DNA from: Puniceicoccaceae bacterium
Lineage (GTDB): Bacteria; Verrucomicrobiota; Verrucomicrobiia; Opitutales; Oceanipulchritudinaceae
Reading direction: 5' to 3'
DNA: 64,000 nucleotides
Assembly: GCA_040830765.1 (NCBI GenBank)
Contig: JBFOMH010000005.1
Coordinates: 224,001-288,000 of the forward strand
The first letter of the stretch is position 1, and every line of letters starts with the position of its first letter. This document shows, one piece after another, positions 39,921-49,313 of the stretch. The position numbers and the translations under genes were made by a program. The notes below the pieces were generated by a model. The model did no database searches. It saw nothing but the letters and a program-made list of their open reading frames with translations, and was not told the DNA's origin.

Positions 39921-40211
39921 ATGAACGACAAAAGCCCCATAGTCTACATTAAGCCGGGTTGTCCATGGTGCCGTGAAGCACTGGCTTTCTTTTCCGAACA
40001 TGGCGTTCCTCTGGAAATCCGTGATGTTAACTCCGAGCCCCAGAGCATGCAACGCATGGTCGAAATCAGCGGCCAGTCCAAGACACCTACCTTCGAGTTT
40101 GGGGAATTTATTGTCGCCGACTTTGACGTCCAGGAGTTCCTCGACGCCCTTGAGCAGGTTCCCGAAATCAAACAGCAACTTGGTTTCGGCGATAGCGAGG
40201 ACTGGAACTAA
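39921..40211 (+). CDS. Glutaredoxin-family protein
   Basis: CPWC active site and SGQSKTPT. Confidence 0.88.
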   Translation: MNDKSPIVYIKPGCPWCREALAFFSEHGVPLEIRDVNSEPQSMQRMVEISGQSKTPTFEFGEFIVADFDVQEFLDALEQVPEIKQQLGFGDSEDWN

Positions 40212-41599
40212 AACTCCGCATTGCCCGGAGTTCGGGCAAAGGGGATGACGTCCCGGATGTTGGCCACACCCGTGACAAACATCAGCATTCGCTCAAATCC
40301 AAGCCCGAAGCCGGAGTGCGGGGCCGTGCCATAGCGTCGCAAATCCCGGTACCACCAATACTCCTCCTTCGACAAGTCGTGGTGCTCGAGTGCGGCATCC
40401 AGGCGCTCCAGACGCTCCTCACGCTGACTGCCCCCGATTATTTCACCTATTCCCGGAACCAGCACGTCCATGGCGGCAACGGTCTTGTCATCATCATTCT
40501 GGCGCATGTAGAAGGGCTTGATCTCCTTCGGGTAATTGAAAACGGTGACCGGGCGCTGAAAGTGGGTTTCCGTCAGCCAGCGCTCATGCTCACTCTGGAG
40601 ATTGGCCCCATATTCCACCGGGTAGTCGAATTTGACATCCGCTGTTTTCAGCAACTCTACCGCATCGGTATAACTGATGCGCTCAAAGGGCCGTTCCAGC
40701 ACGAACCGCAGGCGTTCATGAAGGCCCTTGTCGACGAATTTGCCGAACATCTCCAGGTCCTCCTGACAATGCTCAAGGATATCCCCGATGAGGTACTTGA
40801 TGAAATCCTCCGCCAAGCCCATGTCGCCTTGCAAATCGCAAAAGGCCATTTCCGGCTCAATCATCCAGAACTCGCTGGCATGACGGGAAGTGTTGGAATT
40901 TTCCGCCCGAAAAGTGGGGCCGAAGGTATAGACATTGCTGTGCGATAAGGCGAATATCTCCGCCTCCAGCTGGCCACTGACCGTCAAGTAGGTTGGCCGG
41001 CCGAAGAAATCCTTTTCATAATCAATGTTCCCGTCCTCGTCCCGTGGCGGATTGCCCGGTTCCAAGGTGGAAACGCGGAACATTTCACCGGCCCCTTCAC
41101 AGTCGCTCGCCGTGATCAACGGCGTGTGCACATAAACGAATCCACGTTCCTGAAAGAACTGGTGCACCGCATAGGAGAGCCGTGAACGAACCCGGAATAC
41201 CGCCCCAAACAGGTTTGCCCGAGGCCGTAGGTGCGCGATCTCACGCATGTACTCCAGCGAGTGACGCTTCTTCTGCAGGGGATAACTCTCCTCCGCCTGT
41301 CCGATCAGCTCCAGCTCAGTGGCCTTGATCTCCCAGCGTTGGCCCTTCCCCTGGCTCTCCACAAGCTCCCCGGCCATCCGCACAGCTGAACCAGTCGTGA
41401 AGGCGTGGATGTTATCATACCCGGGACACCCTTCATCGGCAATTACCTGCAAATTCGCCAGGGAACTGCCGTCGTTTAATTCAATAAAGGAAAAGCCCTT
41501 CGAATCCCGCCGGGTCCGTACCCAGCCATACACTTCTACCGCATCGATCGGTCCGTCGGATTCCAGGGCTTCTTTTACTCTCAGTCTTTGCAAGCTCAT
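40208..41599 (-). CDS. asnS: Asparagine--tRNA ligase
   Basis: [43 protein letters not shown]. Confidence 0.97.
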   Translation of the reverse strand: MSLQRLRVKEALESDGPIDAVEVYGWVRTRRDSKGFSFIELNDGSSLANLQVIADEGCPGYDNIHAFTTGSAVRMAGELVESQGKGQRWEIKATELELIGQAEESYPLQKKRHSLEYMREIAHLRPRANLFGAVFRVRSRLSYAVHQFFQERGFVYVHTPLITASDCEGAGEMFRVSTLEPGNPPRDEDGNIDYEKDFFGRPTYLTVSGQLEAEIFALSHSNVYTFGPTFRAENSNTSRHASEFWMIEPEMAFCDLQGDMGLAEDFIKYLIGDILEHCQEDLEMFGKFVDKGLHERLRFVLERPFERISYTDAVELLKTADVKFDYPVEYGANLQSEHERWLTETHFQRPVTVFNYPKEIKPFYMRQNDDDKTVAAMDVLVPGIGEIIGGSQREERLERLDAALEHHDLSKEEYWWYRDLRRYGTAPHSGFGLGFERMLMFVTGVANIRDVIPFARTPGNAEF

Positions 41600-41640
41600 A
41601 AGTTGCTCCTACTCCTACATCCCCGGCAGCTTCCATAAAG

Positions 41641-41684
41641 CAAAAAAACAAAAAGGCCCTGCTCCCCAAAGGGAACAGGACCTT
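41641..41684 (-). terminator. Intrinsic terminator closing the large ncRNA candidate
   Basis: Minus strand AAGGTCCTGTTCCC-TTTG-GGGAGCAGGGCCTT then TTTGTTTTTTTG. Confidence 0.9.
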
Positions 41685-42553
41685 AAAATGTGGGACGGCG
41701 CTCGCCACACGCTCTTTCCCGGTTGCTGACATTTGGCGCTCGTGATTCTTCATCATGGCTGCCAGCTCCCCGACGCTATTCTCCGAGGCACTTCGGAGTC
41801 CCGGCCTCGTAGCAGGGCCGTAGATGGAATTACTCCCATCTAATTCAAGAGTGAGGCCTCTCAGCATGGTCACCCCACAGGTGCTACCTGCGGACCTTCC
41901 TTACCCGCCGAGGATATCGCTGTAATCCGGTATCCTCCGCGATTCTTCCCAAGGTCGGCTCCACTGTCTCCAGCGGACGTTTGCCTTGAGTTACGGGTCT
42001 GACCTCTTACCTCTCGGGGATGCGTTCAGTTTACAGGCAGTCGACTCGGTTTTTCGAGCCCACTGCTTCTCGAAGGAAACCTGCGGCTGTTGTCATGTAC
42101 TCGGCCGCCTGTTTCCCCGCTTACCAAGACGTTTTCGCTGCACCGACGTTTTTCCGGTCGCTTATGGTGAGATTAGCCCTCACCCGCCTCGCCAAACGGA
42201 CGAACTGCACGGTAACATCCCTTGACCTTCCAGGTCACCGCGTTGAAGTCTCCCAGGGCACAACCCCTTCGGATCCTTCTAACTCAACCTGCTGGCATTG
42301 TGCTTGGCCTCGCTCTCGCTCGGCCGCCAGCCGATCGCCGGTCGTGTGCTTTCACAATTCAGGGCTGTGTGACCAACCCTGGCACCGACGGTGAAATTTG
42401 CCTCACTTCCTGGAGCCTTTAGTGGACGTCTCCTCAGAGCCGCCCGACTCCCCTCCATGAGGAGCCAGATTCGTTCGATAAACCTGACTGTTCCCCGGTT
42501 ACCCGGGATTATCCTGGGGCTTTCGAGTTGAATGCCCGTTCTTTCAAAGAACT
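41641..42553 (-). ncRNA. Large (~910 nt) structured noncoding RNA candidate, MISL-like or novel
   Basis: No credible ORF, bounded by promoter and terminator. More than 15 hairpins by eye, several with GNRA loops and G-U pairs on the minus strand. Confidence 0.75.
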
Positions 42554-42559
42554 GACCAT

Positions 42560-42589
42560 ATTGTGCTCTTCAGGGGTCCCGACTGTCAA
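42560..42589 (-). promoter_or_regulatory. Sigma70-type promoter of the ncRNA candidate
   Basis: TTGACA (42589-84), 18 nt, then CACAAT (42565-60). Predicted start near 42553. Confidence 0.7.
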
Positions 42590-42615
42590 CCCTAAAACAT
42601 TCGTTATCAACGTTT

Positions 42616-42741
42616 TGTGAACAATCAAAGGTTATTGACACTCGCTTTTTACAACCTGTTCGTAAGTCCCTCATTTGGATGGCGATACACACCGGAGCCA
42701 ATGTGAATAACTTCGCTTTTTCTGTGAGTTAGTGTGAACAA
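42616..42741. promoter_or_regulatory. Cluster of DnaA-box-like 9-mers in AT-rich spacer
   Basis: TGTGAATAA at 42702 (fits TTWTNCACA), TGTGAACAA at 42616 and 42733, TTATTGACA at 42632 (one mismatch each). Confidence 0.55.
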
Positions 42742-42828
42742 CTCGGGAATAACGAATTTCCGGAAATTTTTTTTTGAAAAAAAACGCTCCTGCTGGCGGA
42801 AAAAAGTGAGTGAAAAACCGCTACAAGC

Positions 42829-43824
42829 TCAGGGATTGGCCTCGAGGTCCTGATCGAGAGCCTCCCGGATGGCATTGACCTCAATGGCAATGGCCTGAAC
42901 GAGCTGTATTTGCTCATAGAAAGAGGCTTCCTGTTCCGGATTCTGAAAGAGGACCCGCTGTTCACGGGGATTGTAGGACCAAGTTCCCCAGGCCTCACGG
43001 AGGACGTTGAGGGCGGCAATGGCGGAGCCAAGCAGGCGAACCTCGAGCTGCCGCAGGTCATAGACGCGGGATCGCTCCCAGAATTGGAGCACGCGTTCCA
43101 TTTCGGCAATGGCGATACGGTCGGCCGGGGGTTGCAGGTCCAGAGACTCGATTGAGCGCGTATAAGTATCCTCGAAGGACTCGATGAACTGGGTGAAGGC
43201 CCGGGTCTGTTCATAGAGCACCCTGTGGGCAGCCAATTCGACTTCCAGTTGGTCGATGGTCCGAAACCGAATCCACGATTCGGGGCCTTTGGTGGGATTG
43301 GCCTCCATGGCGGCGGCATAGGCTTCGGACTGGGCATCCAAGGCCTCGCGCATTTGCTGGTCCAGCTGCCGCAGGGCATCCAAGGTATCATACGGGATTC
43401 TGCCCTCATACTGGACAAAACGGTCCGTCTGGCCCCGCTGCTCCCGCTCGGCCCTCTCGGCGGCCCTTCGTTCCTCCTCGGCCTTGGCGAGGCGAAGCCG
43501 TTGCAATCTCAACTGTTCACGGGAGTCCTGTATGGCCTCCTGCCGGGCGCTATCCCGGTCGGCCTGGTTCTCGCGGGCAAGTATCAATGGAAAGATTAGA
43601 AGACAGCCCGCCAATCCGACAATCGCCCAAGAGATGAGGACCGGATCCCGGGCAAAAAGCCAGCGGGCGATCAGATTCAGGCAAATCCCCGTGGCGGTAA
43701 TCGCCACTGGCCAGACCAGATGAAAGAGAGTCCCCTGCAGCCATGGGACATCGGGATACCATCCGGTCAGCAGGTAGTATCCCAGCCCCATCAAGACGCA
43801 AACAATTGCCAGAATTAGCCTCAT
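42829..43824 (-). CDS. Hypothetical membrane protein with coiled coil
   Basis: Three N-terminal hydrophobic helices, E/R/Q-rich helical remainder. ATGA overlap with tatD stop. Confidence 0.75.
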   Translation of the reverse strand: MRLILAIVCVLMGLGYYLLTGWYPDVPWLQGTLFHLVWPVAITATGICLNLIARWLFARDPVLISWAIVGLAGCLLIFPLILARENQADRDSARQEAIQDSREQLRLQRLRLAKAEEERRAAERAEREQRGQTDRFVQYEGRIPYDTLDALRQLDQQMREALDAQSEAYAAAMEANPTKGPESWIRFRTIDQLEVELAAHRVLYEQTRAFTQFIESFEDTYTRSIESLDLQPPADRIAIAEMERVLQFWERSRVYDLRQLEVRLLGSAIAALNVLREAWGTWSYNPREQRVLFQNPEQEASFYEQIQLVQAIAIEVNAIREALDQDLEANP

Positions 43825-44627
43825 GCCGGTTCCAAGCCGTAGAACTGAAGGGCGTTCCGTGTCGTGATTCGAGCCAAATCCTCCATGCTGATGCCGAACA
43901 GTTCGGCTGCAAAACGGCCGATGTGGGCCACGTTGGCGGGCTCATTCGGCTGGCCCCTCATTGGTTCCGGGGTCAGGTAAGGCGAATCCGTTTCCAGCAT
44001 GAGTCTTTCCAGTCCCTGTTCCAGGGCAGCTTGGCGAATGGGCTCCGCGGAGGCATTCTTATAGGTCAGGATACCGGTGAAGGAAGCCCGTCCACCGCGG
44101 CTGTTGATTTCGCGGACCAGTTCGGGCCCGTCAGTAAAGCAGTGAAAGACAACCCGCTGCCAATCCACTCCGCTCTGGTCAATCAGGCGGATGCATTCCT
44201 TGACGGCATTGCGCGAATGAATGACCACCGGACAGTCCAATTGGTAGGCAAGCGTCAACTGGTCCTTAAAAACACGTTCCTGCAGGGCCTTCAGCTCGGC
44301 AGCTTCATCGGGATACTTGGGCATGTGAAAGTGGTCCAGTCCAATTTCGCCAAGGGCGACTGGTTGAGGGTCGGTCCCGAAATAGGTCGGGATGGCCTTT
44401 ATCTGCTCTCCCCAGTCGTCATCAATGTCGCAGGGATGAATACCAACCGTCCAGTCGACCCGGCCGCTCTCGCGAGCCGTGAGACGATAATAAGTTTCCC
44501 AGTCCTTCTGGCTCGTTCCCACGGTAATGCAGCGGTGGACTCCAGCGGCCTGCATCCGCTCCAGCACAGCTTCCCCTTCTCCCCGGGTAAGTGCCTTTTC
44601 CAAGTGACAATGGGTATCGATCAGCAT
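43821..44627 (-). CDS. tatD: TatD-family nuclease
   Basis: IDTHCHL, GIHP, GEIGLD, IHSR, FHCF, ETDSPYL.P. Confidence 0.93.
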   Translation of the reverse strand: MLIDTHCHLEKALTRGEGEAVLERMQAAGVHRCITVGTSQKDWETYYRLTARESGRVDWTVGIHPCDIDDDWGEQIKAIPTYFGTDPQPVALGEIGLDHFHMPKYPDEAAELKALQERVFKDQLTLAYQLDCPVVIHSRNAVKECIRLIDQSGVDWQRVVFHCFTDGPELVREINSRGGRASFTGILTYKNASAEPIRQAALEQGLERLMLETDSPYLTPEPMRGQPNEPANVAHIGRFAAELFGISMEDLARITTRNALQFYGLEPA

Positions 44628-44724
44628 GCCTCTTCAATGAGCCAGAATATGAAGGAACTTCAACTGTTATCCTATTGTTCTTTTTAGTTTGAAAGGAACC
44701 CACTTTTCCCATTCTCATGATTGC

Positions 44725-45606
44725 ATGATTGGTGAACGTCTAGAAGAGGGTCGCAAACGCAAGGGAGTATCCATCCGCGAGGCAGCGGAAGCCACCAAAA
44801 TCCGGGGAGATTATCTTCTGGCAATGGAGGACAACTCCTTCGACATTCCCCTGCCACAAATTTATGTCCGTGGCTTCCTGAAGAACTACGCCCGCTACCT
44901 GAAGCTTGATCCAAACAAGATCCTTACGGATTACGATGCGCACCTCCTTGGCAAATCAACCCGGCCGGCAGGTTCAGGAACCCGCAGTGACCGCGATTCC
45001 CTCGGTCAGGTGGAAATCCCGGAGGAACGCGAGGAAGAAGAGGACCGCGTGGTTATTACCGAAGCACCCGAGGATGAGGGTCCCGATCCGGAGCTTACTT
45101 TCAACCTGGGGCAAAGGGAGCGCCCAGCCCCGCCCCCGCCAACCCTCGACCGGGAAGCAACCCGCCACGACCAGGAGTCATGGAATGAAAACAAGACCCT
45201 GTATATAAAGATCGGGGTTGTTTTTGCGGCCATCCTGCTGGTTTCCATTATCCTGATTGTCATGATCCAACTCCTCACCCGGGAAAAGGATACACCGGCA
45301 ATTAATCCCGAGCTGGCAACAACCCCGGCGGAAACCGTCCAGACCCAGCCCGAGGTTGTCACGGGAGGGATTACCCGCGACAGCATCCTGATCACCGCTT
45401 CCGACAACCTCACCGTAATCGTCGAGCAAACCGTGGACCGGAAGCGCCTGTTCAGTGGCTCACTCAATACCGGGGAAACCCTCTCCTTGGAAAAGGAAGG
45501 TCCGGTCTCCATCCGTTTTACCAACGGCTCCGCCCTGACGATTGAGAAGGATGGCCAGAAGTTCCGTCCGCAGCAGACGGGGGTTGGCCGGACAGTGGTC
45601 GACTAG
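44725..45606 (+). CDS. RodZ-like HTH membrane protein
   Basis: IGERLEEGR..ATKIR..YVRGFLKNYARYL, single TM, C-terminal beta domain. Start ATG 44725. Confidence 0.85.
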   Translation: MIGERLEEGRKRKGVSIREAAEATKIRGDYLLAMEDNSFDIPLPQIYVRGFLKNYARYLKLDPNKILTDYDAHLLGKSTRPAGSGTRSDRDSLGQVEIPEEREEEEDRVVITEAPEDEGPDPELTFNLGQRERPAPPPPTLDREATRHDQESWNENKTLYIKIGVVFAAILLVSIILIVMIQLLTREKDTPAINPELATTPAETVQTQPEVVTGGITRDSILITASDNLTVIVEQTVDRKRLFSGSLNTGETLSLEKEGPVSIRFTNGSALTIEKDGQKFRPQQTGVGRTVVD

Positions 45607-45619
45607 GCAAGGATAAGGC

Positions 45620-46288
45620 TCAAGCCTGCTGGTCTTCGGACAGCTTTGCCTGCAGGACCTGTTCCCGGCTGAGATGAATAATGTACTTCTCCTCGAAGTA
45701 CGGGTCCGGGATCTTTTCCCAGAGCGGATAAACCGCGAAGGGCTCAAGGCCCATCTGCTCCAACTCCTCCTTGTAGAGGCTGCCTTTCCAGTAAAGGACC
45801 CCGTTGGGCAGGGATTCTTTGCCTCCCTGTCGGATATTGCCGCGAATCCAGCCGAGGAACCGGGGAAGCGAGGTCACCGCCCGGCCAAGGATGAAGTCCC
45901 AGCGCGACTCGAGCGTTTCCGCCCGCTTGTTCACCACCTGGACATTCGGGATATTCAGGGCCTGCACCATGTCCTCGACTGCCTTGGCCTTCTTCGTAAT
46001 CGAGTCACAGAGAAAAAATTCCGCCTCCGGAAAGCAGATGGCCAGTGGCATTCCGGGCAATCCCCCACCTGTCCCGACGTCGAGGACCCGGGCTCCAGCC
46101 GGAATTTGGACCCAATTGACCAAGGCCAGCGAATGCACCAGGTGATGGAGGGCAAACTGGTCCATGTCCTTCCGGGAAACCAGGTTGATGCGGCTGTTCC
46201 ATTCCTTGAAGACCGTTTCCAGCTTGCCCATCTGGTCCAGCTTGGCGGGACCAAGGTCAGGAAAAAAGGATTCCAGAAGGTTTGCCAT
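45620..46288 (-). CDS. rsmG: 16S rRNA m7G527 methyltransferase
   Basis: WNSRINLVSR, HLVHSL, LDVGTGGGLPG, RAE, RAV. Start 46288 or 46297. Confidence 0.93.
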   Translation of the reverse strand: MANLLESFFPDLGPAKLDQMGKLETVFKEWNSRINLVSRKDMDQFALHHLVHSLALVNWVQIPAGARVLDVGTGGGLPGMPLAICFPEAEFFLCDSITKKAKAVEDMVQALNIPNVQVVNKRAETLESRWDFILGRAVTSLPRFLGWIRGNIRQGGKESLPNGVLYWKGSLYKEELEQMGLEPFAVYPLWEKIPDPYFEEKYIIHLSREQVLQAKLSEDQQA

Positions 46289-46296
46289 GCCCTGCA

Positions 46297-47229
46297 CTAG
46301 GCCTGTTCAGCGAGCCAGCGCTCCGCCTCGATGGCTGACTGGCAGCCCATGCCAGCGGCCGTGATGGCCTGCCGGTAAACATGGTCGGCACAGTCACCTG
46401 CGACGAATACGCCCGGGACCCGGGTCTTCACCTGGCTCCCCGGCTGCGGGATAAAGTAACCGTTGTGGTCGGTTTCGATTTCCTGGGCGAAGGGACCGGT
46501 ATTGGGAATATGACCAATGGCAATAAAGAAGCCCTTGGCCTCCAGTTCGCTCTCCTGCCCGGTCTTGACGTCCTTGATCCGGGCCGCCCGCATCGTGCCG
46601 TCGTCACCAGCGATGACTTCCATCGGCACGGTATTCCAATGGACCTCAATCTTTTCGTGGGCCTTGACCCGGTCAGCCATGATCGAGGAGGCCCGCAGCT
46701 CGTCACGGCGGTGCAGCAGATGGATGCGGCTGCAAAAATGCGTCAGGAACAAGGCCTCTTCACAAGCGCTGTCGCCACCCCCGACGACAATCACTTCCAT
46801 ATCGCGGTAAAAAGCGCCATCACAGGTGGCACAGGTGGTGACCCCCTTGCCGCCGAACATCTCCTTCTCGCCGGGAATATCCAACAGGCGCGGGCTGGCG
46901 CCTGTGGCAATAATGACGGACTTGGCTTCAAATTCCTTTCCGTCCTCTGCCGTCAGGACCTTCTTGTCGCCCCCAAAATGCACCGACTGGATACGGGCGT
47001 ACTCCGTTCGCGCCCCGAAGCGTTCCGCCTGCTTGCGCAGCTTGTCCATCAGAGTGAAGCCATCGATGCCCTCCGGCCATCCGGGGAAATTTTCCACTTC
47101 GCTGGTTGTTGTCAGTTGTCCGCCCGGCTGGGTCCCTTCAAGGACCAGGGGACTTAAATTCGCACGCGCTGCATAAATGGCCGCGGTCAGGCCGGCGCAG
47201 CCGGTTCCAAGTATGATTACATCTTCCAT
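46297..47229 (-). CDS. trxB: Thioredoxin reductase
   Basis: [43 protein letters not shown]. Confidence 0.96.
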   Translation of the reverse strand: MEDVIILGTGCAGLTAAIYAARANLSPLVLEGTQPGGQLTTTSEVENFPGWPEGIDGFTLMDKLRKQAERFGARTEYARIQSVHFGGDKKVLTAEDGKEFEAKSVIIATGASPRLLDIPGEKEMFGGKGVTTCATCDGAFYRDMEVIVVGGGDSACEEALFLTHFCSRIHLLHRRDELRASSIMADRVKAHEKIEVHWNTVPMEVIAGDDGTMRAARIKDVKTGQESELEAKGFFIAIGHIPNTGPFAQEIETDHNGYFIPQPGSQVKTRVPGVFVAGDCADHVYRQAITAAGMGCQSAIEAERWLAEQA

Positions 47230-47241
47230 AATTGAATTTCT

Positions 47242-48753
47242 CTACGGGTCAGAGGATTTATCCGGTACTTTAATCCGGACATAAACATCAAAATAACCAA
47301 ATCGCTCCTTTTTGTAGGTTTGTTGGAGGTATTCGAATAGAAGTTCCTTGTACTCCCCTTCAGTCGGACCGATGCCAACTGCCTCCACTCCGGAACTTTC
47401 CATGGAGCGAATGAATCCGGAGATTCCTCCCGGCCACTGCGCCATGATCTTGCGGTCGATGCCAGCAATGATGAAGCCGTACGGGTTGACATTGCTGCGA
47501 TTGGACAAGACCAGCAATTCCGGAAGGCCGATGGACGCGATTTGCGTTTCCCCGGGGAAGCGCTCAGCCACTTGCTCGGCCGAAACACGCTGAGCCTTCA
47601 AACCGTCCTCGGAAGTGCCATGATAGAGCATCACTGAGGAAAGCGCCAGAAGGGCCGCCACGGTCGCACCGACCCGTTTGGGCGTCAGGCCGGCCAAGCC
47701 CTGAAGGGAACAAACGCCCTCCGAGAGTTTCCAGAAGAGCCCGGCCATCCCAATGGCCATGTAAGGAAGAAATGGATACAAGTCTGCCGCTCCCTGAAAA
47801 TCGAGAAAAGTCCACAGGAAAACGAACGGCAGGGTCCCGACAATTGGCAACCAAACCGGCCATTCCTGTACACGGTGGACAGGATGGCGGTAAATCACCG
47901 CTGACTGAAGAAGCAGGTAAAACAAGCCCATGATTGCCGGTACAGCCATCAGGGTGTAGCCCTTGAAAAGCGACTCCACCGGCGCTAGCAGGTGTTCAAT
48001 GACATCAAATGGCGGACGGTCCAGGTAAGTCAGGTTGAAGACGACACTGCCATCGATCAGGGCCACCAGGGCGCCTTTGGATATAAAGTAACCGAACAGA
48101 ACCAGGCAGGGGACGAATACGCCAATGGCCGCGTAGCCGAGTCCTCGAAACCGCAATTCCCGGTCCTCCTTATGGATAAGTAACGGCGCCAGCAGGGCAA
48201 AGAGGACATAAACCACCCCAGGTTGCCAGACCCAGGTCGCCAGGGCTGCGAAAAACCCGGCCCATCCCCAGCGTTGCCGGGCAGCGAAGTAAAGGAATGC
48301 CACCTCAAAGAGGACGAAGGGCGTCTTGGCCCGCGGCCCGGACACGGCTTCCCGGCCAAAACTCCAGAAGCCCGTAAAGGCCATCGCGCCAATCAGCCCA
48401 GCAAGCGCATTGCGATAAAGGAGACGACCCAGAAGGTAAATGAATCCGCCTGCCAGTCCGCTCATGACCCACCATCCGGCGCGCACCGCGAGGACATCCT
48501 CAAGTCCGGAGAACCGCCCCATGGAAACAAAGAGACCACTCAGGATGGGCGTCAGTGGTGTCTTGTGATCAAAAATGGATAGGTAAGGGGCAACCCCATC
48601 GGCAAACTGCTGGCCGGCATAGAGGTATATGGCATCATCCCGGTAGAGCCAGCCCTCAAATCCGTAGACAGCGTAAATCCCGAGACTGATTGCCGTCGCC
48701 AGTAAAAACCCGAATACGGGCGAGCCGGTGATGCGCTGTCCCGATTCCCCCAT
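47242..48753 (-). CDS. GT-C-type polytopic glycosyltransferase (DolP-mannose mannosyltransferase-like)
   Basis: RDDAIYLY.GQ and PY..IFDHKTPL in first loop, many TM helices. Confidence 0.65.
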   Translation of the reverse strand: MGESGQRITGSPVFGFLLATAISLGIYAVYGFEGWLYRDDAIYLYAGQQFADGVAPYLSIFDHKTPLTPILSGLFVSMGRFSGLEDVLAVRAGWWVMSGLAGGFIYLLGRLLYRNALAGLIGAMAFTGFWSFGREAVSGPRAKTPFVLFEVAFLYFAARQRWGWAGFFAALATWVWQPGVVYVLFALLAPLLIHKEDRELRFRGLGYAAIGVFVPCLVLFGYFISKGALVALIDGSVVFNLTYLDRPPFDVIEHLLAPVESLFKGYTLMAVPAIMGLFYLLLQSAVIYRHPVHRVQEWPVWLPIVGTLPFVFLWTFLDFQGAADLYPFLPYMAIGMAGLFWKLSEGVCSLQGLAGLTPKRVGATVAALLALSSVMLYHGTSEDGLKAQRVSAEQVAERFPGETQIASIGLPELLVLSNRSNVNPYGFIIAGIDRKIMAQWPGGISGFIRSMESSGVEAVGIGPTEGEYKELLFEYLQQTYKKERFGYFDVYVRIKVPDKSSDP

Positions 48754-48757
48754 GACC

Positions 48758-49303
48758 CTAGTAGAGGAATGCGGTAACCAGGAGGGCGAGGGCCATCATC
48801 ACGAAGACTCCGCCAAAGGCCCGGACACGGACTGTCGAGACATAGAGCCAATTCAGGAAATCCCGCATCTTGTATGGCATCACCCCAATAAATATGGAGA
48901 GGGTGACAAAGAGGTAAATGAGGGTTACCAGGACCAGCCGCTCCGGGATATCATACAGTCCAAAGGCCGACTTCAGACCGACGTTCCCGCTTAGGAGCAC
49001 GAGGACTGCCAGGCCCCTGACAGCCAGGAAATCACGGACGTAGAAAATGGTCCCCAGGAGGGTTGCCGCAAAGAGGGCAAAGAGAATCTCCTTGTAGTCG
49101 CCAAAGTCGGACTGTCCGAGCATCCAGATTTTCCAGAGGAACCAACCTCCCCCGAGAAGCATGAGGCCAACGCCCGCCGCGCGGTTGCGCGGGAAGGCCA
49201 GGACGCGTTCCCGGATCTTATCCGGAAGCGCCAGAAAGGGGATGCCCGCGACCAGCAGGACAAGGGCCATCAGGATAGTGAAAGTATAAAGAGAGGGAAT
49301 CAT
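48758..49303 (-). CDS. Hypothetical polytopic membrane protein
   Basis: About six hydrophobic segments, start ATG 49303, in operon after miaB. Confidence 0.75.
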   Translation of the reverse strand: MIPSLYTFTILMALVLLVAGIPFLALPDKIRERVLAFPRNRAAGVGLMLLGGGWFLWKIWMLGQSDFGDYKEILFALFAATLLGTIFYVRDFLAVRGLAVLVLLSGNVGLKSAFGLYDIPERLVLVTLIYLFVTLSIFIGVMPYKMRDFLNWLYVSTVRVRAFGGVFVMMALALLVTAFLY

Positions 49304-49313
49304 TTGATTAGAA

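Noticed and set aside
41481..42422. Short ORFs within the large intergenic element (41481-41873, 41986-42225, 42020-42394, 42222-42422)
   Set aside because: No recognisable motifs, they overlap each other or run through the terminator, and the hairpin density is better explained by RNA structure.
41641..42553. Identity as RNase P RNA, tmRNA, rRNA fragment or group I/II intron
   Set aside because: AAGGAAGGUCC only loosely resembles RNase P GAGGAAAGUCC and the matching 3' motif is absent. There are no tRNA-like ends, no GUGYG start or domain V, no interrupted host gene, and the size does not fit.
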